The notes beneath the pieces are model-generated. The model searched no databases and was not told the DNA's origin. It saw only the letters and a list, made by a program, of their open reading frames with translations. A stretch of DNA of 64,000 bases from Eledone cirrhosa (taxonomy: Eukaryota), in NCBI GenBank assembly GCA_964016885.1, contig OZ024762.1:6386001-6450000 (forward strand). Direction: 5' to 3'. This document shows, one piece after another, positions 24,096-34,599 of the stretch; positions within the stretch are counted from its first letter, which is position 1; each line of letters opens with the position of its first letter. A program made the position numbers and the translations under genes.

Positions 24096-26095
24096 ATATA
24101 CAGAGAAGGTGTAATAGAGATACGATTATAATATAAATATATAGTTGATATGATGTGTGCAAGAGAGAATGCTGAGTTGGAGTAAAGGTGGTGATGCCGA
24201 GGTAACTCGACGTAGAAATTACGATGGTATAAGGTATAGAGAGGAAAGTAACATGTATGTTTAGTTAGAAGAGGTAGCTGCGTGTATATATTATTTGTTT
24301 TGTTTCTCGGAAGGAGGTTTAGTTCTGTGAAGAGTGTTTAGAATACATTTAAAAGACATGGCAACTAAAACACTACAAGAATGTATTTATATTGAAGAAT
24401 TAAATGTATGTATATTTCCAAGATAGTGAAATGTATTTTTGTGTCTCAATAATATCCGTGAGTGTGAATAAAACTTTACATACCTCTTTACACGAACGTA
24501 AAATCCAAACCGGTATCGTTAATAGTCCCAGAGTAAATAGAATGATGTTACAGCTTCAATACACTGAAAAGAAATGACAACAAAGGAAGAAGAGTTCCAC
24601 AAACCGGAAGTAGTACAATGTCAACAAAGGGCAAATAATTCAAATTAAGGGGAGATAACTCTCGTCAAATTGTTTGGCAAAAACTCATGCGAGGCGGGAG
24701 AGCAGGCCAGCATAAAGCCAGCCTGCTGTGGTCCCGGCCGACCCCGCAACGATTCGAACTTCAGACACGATCGAGTGGTCATGCCATACCGAAGTACGAC
24801 ATCGAAGCCAGAAACGCTACGTGCAGCGCCACGCACAAGCCGCAATTCTACCGAGTCAAATAGTCATACTTATAGCTAACATTTTCCTTCTTTTTTAAAA
24901 AAAAAAACGGAAAGAAAGCGAGATAACACGACATATTCCGAGTGTTATCTCGCTTTCTTTCCGTTTCTCTCTATATATAAATATAACGGGATATAGAGCC
25001 ATTAAGGAACTACTAGTATTTGGTACATATATAACGGGATATACACGAATAGAAGCCAGGGAATATGTAGTAAGGGGTTGACTTATATAGGGAGTCAATA
25101 GTTTTGTAGCAAGGACCATTTTCGCCAACTTCAAATTCTACGTAAATAAAGTTCGCATTTTTGCCCACTTCTTAGACATAAGATAGGGAGGAGGGTCACC
25201 TTATATTCGAGTATTTTGTACATCTAGACCGGCATCATCATGGGTAGAGCCGACCAGGTGCTACTGTGTTTAACGAGCGTAAGGCTGTGGGCTGATGTTT
25301 TAGATCGTCCTCAGGGCTCTGCTGTCAATCGTCTTTGTGAGGGGCCACGTTTCTGCTCCATAGAGGAGAAGACTGATGCATCTTTTCAGAACAATTAATA
25401 TGTAGGTAACATAGCCTTAGACAGATCTGTATTTGTAATAGTTAGTATCGATTTGGGTAATCTTAAGACCATGATTCCAATCATCAACATATGTATTGAT
25501 TAAACCTAAATATAGTATATATAAAGTCTGTTCTCAGCTTCTCACCAGTTTCTTTGGAATTAAGTGTCTGAGAGTATAAGACTCTCCCTGGATAGGACAC
25601 TGGTCTATCGCAGGATTAACTCCTCAGCTGAGTGTACTGATGAAACGTTTTTAAAGACTTACATACAGAACTTCCAAGCTGTGAGAGTTATATGTATGGA
25701 CCCGTAACTCCCGAGGGAGTCATAGATGCAACGCATTGACATAGTGTTTCTAGGGCTCTTTTTAAAACCTGGCAGAGCCCAGGTCTGAATACAGCGGATT
25801 TCTTCTAGAGAAGTGTAGAGGAAGAATTCACCCCAGTACTAGACTGGTACTTTTTTTTATCAACCTTGAATGGATGAAAGGCAAAGTTGGCCTTGATGGG
25901 ATTTGAATTCAGACAGCTGAAATGAAGGCATTCTATCTGTTACATTTATATATACATACTTTCTTTGTCTAATAAACAAAACTAAATCTTCTCTAGACAC
26001 ACACATAAAGTTACACTTATATAAACCTTCTTCTGTACAAACAAGGGTCAACTGAAAAGCTCATAGGCTGACTATGAAGGAGTGATGCTAGAACA
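24096..26095 (-). repeat. Inner right arm (24096-25526 pairs with 17384-18818; 25515-26095 pairs more loosely with 15160-15850)
   Basis: Direct inspection of reverse complements. Confidence 0.88.
24679..24841 (-). ncRNA. Candidate Pol III structured ncRNA, copy 3 (inverted duplicate of copy 2)
   Basis: Reverse complement matches 18083-18245; the ORF track gives identical translations over both. TATA at 24874 on the minus strand. Confidence 0.6.
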
Positions 26096-26429
26096 GTGAA
26101 ATCTTGCATGCATTAATTTCAACTCTCCTTACTAATAACTGCATTGTTTCTTTCCATTTGGTCAGTCAGCCCTCTTAACGTATATACTTCTGATTCTCTT
26201 TTTTACTAAGAAACAGAATTAAACCTTCTCTACACAGGAAAATATTACTGACATCTTCAAAGGAATGTAAATAAACTTCCTTATCTAGCGACGAACATGT
26301 GAAATAAACCAAACTTTTGCTTTTTCATTTCTTCTAAGAAACGAGACAGCTAATGCCAATAAGTGTGTATACAAAAAAAATGTCTACACACTTCAGGAAA
26401 AGAAATATTTGTATAAATATATATATTTA

Positions 26430-26800
26430 GCACCCATCCACCATCTGAGTGAATCTCTTGGTCAGTGTCCAAGTCTCAGACCCGTACAGCAATACAGATG
26501 AATCTTCAGGTCTTTACGAAGGTCCAACCTCAAACTGTGACACGTCACCCAGTCTTTGCTCCAATGTTGGATGGGTGCTACACGAGAATGCTGAGGATGG
26601 CTCTGAACATTAATCAGTAAGAACTGAGGATGAAGAGCTCTGAGCTGTACAGGAGCCTCTCGAAAGTAACACAGAGGAAATTGAGGTTAGCTGGACATGC
26701 TCACTGATATTCAGAGTTGATACTGCACTCAGTGGTCCTGTGGGAGCCCCTCCACGGACACACTAGAAGAGGGAATTTTACCCACCCTAGATAGATATAT
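26430..26800 (+). mobile_element. RTE-like LINE 3' fragment with short 5' inversion and (TAGA)n tail
   Basis: LDGCYTRMLRMALNI and RKLRLAGH on plus, LLYGSETWTLT on minus. The tail resembles 31300-31330. Confidence 0.65.
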
Positions 26801-27017
26801 ACATACAAAAGATGAATTTCCACGTTGAGATATCTTGATTCAAGAAATGTATTATTGAATATATGTATCTTTTCCTGAAGTGTGTATACATTTTATTGGC
26901 GGATTCTATATATACAAACAAAAGAGTAACATTTCAGCAAATGGCCTTGTAGTGAAAGGACTGGAGATCAGGAACTTCGAGACTGGTTGCATCCATAGGG
27001 TCCTTTCACCCTCTAAG

Positions 27018-27150
27018 CATTCCCGGGTATTTCCGGCTATTCCCCGGAATTTTCGGTCATTTCCGGGTATTTCCGACTGTTTTCGGTTATTACCGGGTAT
27101 TTCCGGCTATCTCCGGCTATTTCCGACTAGTTGCGTCTATTTTCCGTCGA
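27018..27150. repeat. 10-bp period ATTTCCGGSW array
   Basis: About 12 degenerate units; three more at 27513-27543. Confidence 0.85.
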
Positions 27151-27542
27151 CCACAAAGGGCCGTAACTCTTTGTTGCAAAGTATGGCGTCAGACCCTCTA
27201 CCGATACTGCCAATCCACTTTATTAATTTATGGGAGTAATTGTGGCATTGTTTAAAACACTTTTTTTTCTGAGCTCAAACCCGACCATTGTCAACCTAAT
27301 ATTTCATACTACTGGTATCCACAAAATAGATACCAGTGGTGTACTGGTGTTGATATAATCGACTTGTCTTTTCTCCCAAATTTCTGGCCTTGTATTTAAA
27401 TTAGAAACCATTAATAAAGCTGGGTGGCCATGCTAAACATCCAGGTTTCATTCAGGTCCAAGTGTTTCACAATTCATTGCAACGAACTTTTGTCGTGTCT
27501 TCAAACCTAAGTGTTTTCCGGGTACTTCCGGCTATTTCCGGG

Positions 27543-28976
27543 TGTCCATTTTCAAGAGGTCATTACTAATTACATTTGAAGTCCTCTTTCAACAGTCAGA
27601 TGTCAGTTTACTTGGAAAGAAACAATGCAGTTATTAATAAGAAGGCTTGAAATTAATTCATGCAAGATTTCCCAGCACTAGCATCAGTCCTTCATAGTCA
27701 GCCAACCTTCGTACTTCTGCTGGGTCAAGCCCGACGGGGGCTGACGTCTTAAACAAGCCCCAACAAATAAGAAAGATTTAGAAGAGAATATACTAATTAC
27801 TAGATATTCACACAAAAGTGACATTAGAATTATTGCTGGAAATAGCAGCCAAATATTTATCGCTCGCCACGTTTTAAAATAATGAAGGGCACATTAGAAG
27901 ATGTAGTTTTAGATAGTCATATATACACATATTGGTCAACGCTGGAATCTCATTGATTCTATATACATAAGTCGGTTCTCAGAGGACCTATTCAGGTCAT
28001 GGGAACTGTTTGTCCCCCGTGTAAAAATTTGGCGTATATATATATATAATTTCGAGTATATACTTATATATGTCTGTATGCATTTTGTTGGGGTTTAAAT
28101 GGTGAAAATTTCATAAGGTAGCTGTTGTTTACTTTCATTGACAAGTCAGACCTGAGCTATCAAGACATATATTTACATATACATAATCAAAAGTAAAAAC
28201 ATTGTTAATATCTTCCTACACAGATAAAATATAAAAGATTGTATTTACATGTGTCACAGCTAATTCACCTCCGTAATTCTTAGGAAACCTGGCTTCTATT
28301 TCTAGCAAGTGGAGCGTAGACGTAGAGACATGTTGCTGTTGTTTACTTTTATTCACAGGTCTTGAACGAGCAAGACAAGATGACTCGACATGTGTGTAAT
28401 CGATGGTATACCTGCCGTGACCATCCTGTGTTTATATGATTATCAAGGTACGCACATCTACATCGTTGAATACACCTTTCATTGTTTTAAAAGGGGTTGT
28501 AGAAGACAGAACATCTGAGGGTGAGAGGCCGGAGATCGTCAGTGAGTGGCTTTAAATTAATTAGCCATGATTCTATGAAATAAAGAAGCGAAATCACTTT
28601 GAAGAAAAATAGGAGAACAATAGTAATTATTATGAGGCCGGTGTAGCGATTACATATTGCCCTTTGTTTAGATTAACCACTCCCGACACCATGGTAATTA
28701 GATATTCCGACTACAGGGAGGTGTGGGATGGAATTAATTCTTTTATTTATTTACTTATATCAAACAACAAACACGGTGGCAAGGAGTAAATTAAAAAACT
28801 CGCCCTTTTTTTAAAAATAAAATTCAACCCTAACCTCTCCCATGATGCAACGGGGGCAGGTAAATGATTTGGCGATTTAGCGACATCAGTTCCTTAAATT
28901 TCACCAGAAGGAAATCTCAAGAACGATAACTCTGTCTTTACTTAATCGCAAAAATGGGTGCAAAAATTATTTCGAA
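27543..28976 (-). repeat. Outer right arm of large inverted duplication
   Basis: Pairs with 11779-13365. Confidence 0.92.
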
Positions 28977-29048
28977 ACAACACTTGCTATGGACGAAAAC
29001 GACAATATTAAAAGGATTTTGTGGATTTTTAATAGGTGAACACGTCAT

Positions 29049-29110
<62 letters not shown>

Positions 29111-29352
29111 TTGCTTAAAGTTTAATCTGTTATTTTAATAAATATTTGCTCTACGGTTCTTATATATCTGATATATATTTATTCTTATCGAGCCCTCTTT
29201 AGATTTTAGTCTTCAAATTTATTATTATTACTATATATATAGAGAGAGAGAGTGAGAGAGAAATAGAATGAGAGTGAGAAAACAATCAGAACATATTGTG
29301 TTATCTTGCTTTCTTTCCTTTTCTCTTTTTTTTAAATAAATAGAATTTTACC

Positions 29353-29465
29353 TATAAGTATGATTAATTTACTCAGTAGTATTGCAGCTTTGCGTGGCGC
29401 TGCACATAACATTTTAAGCTTAGTCGTCTACTTAAGTAGTGTACAGTCACTGAAGGTTCCACAAA
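29353..29465 (+). pseudogene. Degenerate 5' fragment of the same ncRNA cassette (copy 4)
   Basis: TATAAGTATGATTAATTTACTCAGTAG...TGCGTGGCGCTGCAC is retained; the 3' half is absent. Confidence 0.5.
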
Positions 29466-29599
29466 TAACAAATAAGTTTGTCATCATTGAATTTCAATGG
29501 ACAACCATAAGTGCTCTCACTAAACACACACAGATATATATGTATATACAAACTCTGCCTGTGACTATAGATATAATAAAAAATGACATATGTGAATGA

Positions 29600-29990
29600 T
29601 TTTATGGATACAATTTCTGAAGATGTGAAGAGGACTTATGAAGCTTGCATACTCTGATGGATGTGCAACAGGAGTGTGCATGAACAAAGTATTAATGAAC
29701 TGAGAGAGAAACTAAGCATAAGAGAGGTCAGATGCAGTGTAGAGGAGAGGAGTAGTTTGGACATGTGATTTGTATGGAGGGTGACAGCTGTATAAAAAGG
29801 TGCAGCGCTCTTAAAGTCGACAGAAACTATGGAAGAAGAAACCTTTGGAAAGCTTGGGTGCAGTAATAAAAGCTGGCCTTGATCAATTAAACCTCATAAA
29901 GGAGAAGACACATGATCAAGATCTCAAGTATCATGCTGTACTACAGAAGACCTGCCTTCCCGCATGCACAAAATTAAATAAAACAAACAT
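29600..29990 (+). mobile_element. RTE LINE 3' fragment
   Basis: Similar to 7830-8160 (atgaactgagagagaaactaagcataagag). Confidence 0.7.
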
Positions 29991-30689
29991 GTAGAGGACA
30001 ATAGTCTGTACCAGCCTTCTCTTCCCACTCCCCAATCTTAATACCCTGCCCTCACCAGCTAAATATCGCACACCTTGTCTATGGTGAACTTGCTTACTTG
30101 TTACTCTCTCCAAACCCTCACCCCTGATACACCTTGCCTGCCCCACCCATGCATACAAACATGAAAACTGGACATGATCTCCCACAATGTTGTTACCACG
30201 ATAAAAAAAAAACTAAGTCCACCATGTATGCTGATCCAATGCCACAACAACAAAAGCACCCAGTCCACCCTGTAAGGTGGTCATTTCAGTGCCATGATAA
30301 AAAGCACTCAGGTCACATTGTAATGAGGTTGGTATTAGGAAGGGCATCCAGCTGTAGAAAGCAAGCCAAAATACAGATCCATATGAGCAAGATGTGGTCT
30401 CTGGACGTGACTTGTCTCGTAACATGGAAGATGGATGCTAACTAATTTTAATGTTAACTTTTTCATGCTTGCATGAATTGGATACATGTTTTCCAGCACA
30501 GCATCTCCTCTGTGAGCTTCACTGATTTGGCATCAGCTCTCACAACCTCTGCCCATGTCTTTGGTTTCCCTCTACAGAAGCTTCTTTCTGCTAACATTTC
30601 TTAGCTCTTCTTCACTCAATGATCATCAACCACACCACACATCATGTGCAGTCTTCTCTCCTGTATGCTACATGCTTTATCTTTCAAGC

Positions 30690-31135
30690 ATAAGAACTAG
30701 AGAATGAAATCCATCTGGGACTTGGACAGGTGCATATCTGAGATGTAGGGCCACATCTTCCCCGGATTCTTCCTAAACCTTAGGCTGGTTGCTATCATGT
30801 TCGTCTCCAGCAGAGTGTCCCTCAGTAGTCTTCCATTTCGGTTGGTGTTGTTATGGAAGTACCAGCAGGGATCTTCATTGTTCTCCTTACTCAGATGTGC
30901 ATTGAAGTCTCCCAGAACAAGCAGGATGTTGTGAGTTTGTGGTGTTGACAGCTCTACGCACCTCCTCATGGAACTCCTCCGCACACACATCATTGTCTTC
31001 CTCAGTTGGTCTCAAGGCTGTCAGTCTTGGGTTTCCATTGAAGGTAACCCTCAACACTCGCGGCGAGACAGGTATGATTTCCCTCACCAATAGATTGGTT
31101 TTTGCACTGAAAACAAAACCCACTCCTACTGCAGC
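30690..31135 (-). mobile_element. LINE APE endonuclease fragment
   Basis: GVGF, LLVLGDFNAHL, NRNGRLL, SQMDFIL. Confidence 0.85.
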
Positions 31136-32061
31136 ATTTATCATGTTATATATATATATATGTACATATATATACACTTTATATATATGTATAACATATA
31201 TGTTGATGCCCTAAGGACAGACACTGGTCTGTTGGAGATGCAGGATATGGCAGCGATAATGAGGGACAGAGACCGCTGGAGAGAACTCGTCCATGGATCT
31301 CGGGAATTTTACCCGCCTTAGATAGATAGATATATATGTATATAAGTATATATATATTACTTATATACATATATATATATATTGACGAACATTACACTCT
31401 GTTATTGCTATCATACCATACATAGGTGAAACAGCTTGTTCAGCTTTACCACTTTGCTTATAAAGCTTGTATCTCCATTGCACATCTGCGGGGTCTGAGA
31501 CGCTGCTGTGGTAGGTGCATCAACTTTACAGCTTCACATGGTTTGTCCTACAGCCTGAATTGTCCTCCCATCATTTTTCCCACCTTACAGAGTTAAATCT
31601 GATCATTAAATGGGGCGTGGGCTTGGGTAAATCTTCCCTCAGTTTATCCTGAAGTGATGGAAAGAGACCTTTGTCCCCGGGTAAGAAATTGGTGTCTCAC
31701 CACAGTCATTGCCTCTTTTGCTCCCTCCCATATGGACACTGCAGTAAACGTGAGGGTCACTGCTTCCGTTGCCAAATGGAGTAGAATTTCCAGCCTGTGA
31801 CATTTGAGATGTTTGGTGGAGTCTGGCCAGCAATGGCTGGGTGGAACTTCATAGACTAAGTTAGTATTGAAGTGGGGCTACTGACCATCTCTGCCGAGGG
31901 ATCTGCAAATGTAGAGAAGTTGTAGTGTCTTTTGACACAGACAAAAGGATCTCCTGACCCACCTTCCTACCACTTTACAGTGTTTAAGGATGACAGACAA
32001 GGCTGACCCTGGGGGGATTTCAACTCACCACGGTGTCTGACACTAATCCACTGCCATTAAT

Positions 32062-32255
32062 AATAATTGTTTCTACTTTTGGCACAAGGCCAGCAATTAC
32101 CCCCAGTACATTACTGGTACTTTATTTTATCGATGCCGTAAGGATGAAAGGCAAAGTTAACCTTGGCGGGATTTGAACTCAGACCATAAAGGACCGTAAA
32201 TCTTTGCTGCAAAGCATGGCATACGACCCTCTACCGATATGGCCAATTCACCGCC
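32062..32255 (-). mobile_element. SINE family A
   Basis: Full-length match to the family. Confidence 0.85.
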
Positions 32256-32272
32256 ATTAATAATAATGTTGG

Positions 32273-32623
32273 TGATGGTGACTCCTTATTAACCACACAT
32301 GACTGACACCAAGATGGTGACTCCTTATTAACCACACATGACTGACACCAAGATGGTGACTCCTTATTAACCACACATGACTGACACCAAGATGGTGACT
32401 CCTTATTAACCACACATGACTGACACCAAGATGGTGACTCCTTATTAACCACACATGACTGACACCAAGATGGTGACTCCTTATTAACCACACATGACTG
32501 ACACCAAGATGGTGACTCCTTATTAACCACACATGACTGACACCAAGATGGTGACTCCTTATTAACCACACGACTGACACCAAGATGGTGACTCCTTATT
32601 AACCACACATGACTGACACCAAG
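32273..32623. repeat. 39-bp minisatellite, 9 copies
   Basis: GATGGTGACTCCTTATTAACCACACATGACTGACACCAA. Confidence 0.95.
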
Positions 32624-32717
32624 AAAAAATGAAAGCACATGAGTGCACAATTATTGTTTATTTATTGTAATAACGATGAAATAAATGCATATGAAATCAT
32701 TCTTCAGATTAGCTCAG

Positions 32718-32782
<65 letters not shown>

Positions 32783-33067
32783 ACACATGAAGTTTGCTTT
32801 GCAATCATAAGGTACCAGGTTCAATCACTGTGTGGAGTTTATTGGCCTTCGATCAAGTGAAACATTGTCAGTAGAAATTACATAGAACTGTTCAATGAGA
32901 ATTATGTTAAGGGTACATTTCTCTGTGGAATGCTCAGTCACTTACACACTAATGTTCACGAGTAGACAGAGACATGGATAGAAGAAAACAAGTGTTTTTC
33001 ATAAATTTTTTTATCAGTTTTGAAAAGAATATTTTTCAAATTTTTAACAAACATTTTGTTCAAATTG

Positions 33068-33346
33068 TCATGATGGTGGTGATGGTGATACATAATTATG
33101 ATGGTGCTGCTGGTGGTGATGATGATAATGATGATGATGATATACAATTACAATGAGTGATGATAATGATGAAAGTGATGATGGCAAGTGATTATGATGA
33201 TGGTGATTATAAAAGTGATAATGATGATGATGTTGATAGTGATGATAAAAGACTATTATGATGATGATGATGATGTTGATAGTGATGATAAAAGACTATT
33301 ATGATGATGATGATGATGATGTTGATAGTGATGATAAAAGACTATT

Positions 33347-33378
<32 letters not shown>

Positions 33379-33388
33379 AGTGATGATT
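33068..33388. repeat. (GAT)n-rich tract immediately 3' of the stop codon (3' UTR)
   Basis: Visible directly. Confidence 0.9.
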
Positions 33389-33393
33389 TTTTT

Positions 33394-33728
33394 TTAATCT
33401 CCATCAATGTAAAATTTATTTCTACTCGACCTAAAAACTTGAGAATTAACAAAAGAAGGGTTCCCTTTATGCCGATTATTAATTGTAGTATCACATAGTT
33501 TATCTTGTTCTTGTTGATACAAAAAATTAATGCCAGAAGTAGCATTATTGTTACTTTCTTGGCAATGGTTGTTTGTCACTGGTTCTTCCATAGCAGCAAC
33601 AATAGAAGATGAAGAAGAATTAGTGTTGAGTATTTCTGTTAAATTGTCTTCAATAGGTCTGGAAGTAGAGATGTTAGAGGAATCCATCCTAAATGTGGCC
33701 GATGGTGATGGTAGCAAAGACCCTTCAG

Positions 33729-33759
<31 letters not shown>

Positions 33760-34599
33760 GATGATAACTGGTTCGACTTTAACAGCAGACTCTAAAGGTC
33801 GTTTCGGTTGATTTGATTCGGAGAAAATATTAGTTGTATTCTTGTTGAAGCGATGTGACAAAGCCCGAAGTGGTTCAGAATCAGTTCCTGCTTGGGGTGG
33901 CTTAATTGAAGGGAGATAACTATAGGGTTCTAAATTAACTTCTCTAGCTGCAGATTTGGAGCAATGATTTCTCAAGTTCTGCTCTTCACAGACACCAGTT
34001 GATGGTGAGTCAATGAAATCATTGTTACCTGCCTGAAAATTTACGTAGACCTCTCTTACTTTAGGTGTGTGTGTCAGTACACAGTCCTTGTTAGTATTAC
34101 TCTCTTCAGTCATGAAGTGTGTTGACGGGGCTTTATCTGTGATGTCTTCAGTTTTAATTTTAAAATTGGTTTGTGATTTCATAACTGATGGATTCTGACT
34201 GGAGGTAGACACTGAGAACGAGCTTGAAGTTGAAAAATTAACTTGGTTTTCTGTCAACAACTGTTTCTTGGGAGGATGAAATGTAACAGTTATTGTATCA
34301 GCTGCTGGATCCAAGGGGTTCTTATTTTCACAAGGTTGAACCTTAGGGGATGACACACCCCTTTCTGTATCGCACAGTTGTTTCAAGTCAGCAATCTCTA
34401 AACACAATGCTATTGTCTCTAATTGAGTCAGTAGGTCAGGGTCCAAGTTTAAGTGGCCCTTGTAAATGTATTCAGCAAAGGCATGGAGAGCTTCGCTGCT
34501 TACACTGTTGGGTAGATTGACCACAAGAAACTGGTTGTAGCGTGTGTCGTTGGTTGAAAGTAGCTTCGGACAGAGGGCTATCAAGACAATCTTATGAAC
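33394..34599 (-). CDS. Exon 7: BTB remainder (VHKIVLIALCP...EYIYKG...LEIADLKQLC) and S/T/D-rich tail to stop
   Basis: Acceptor ttccag|GTT, 401 open codons, BTB HKxVLxA and YIYxG motifs, VKVE/IKTE SUMO-type motifs. Confidence 0.9.
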
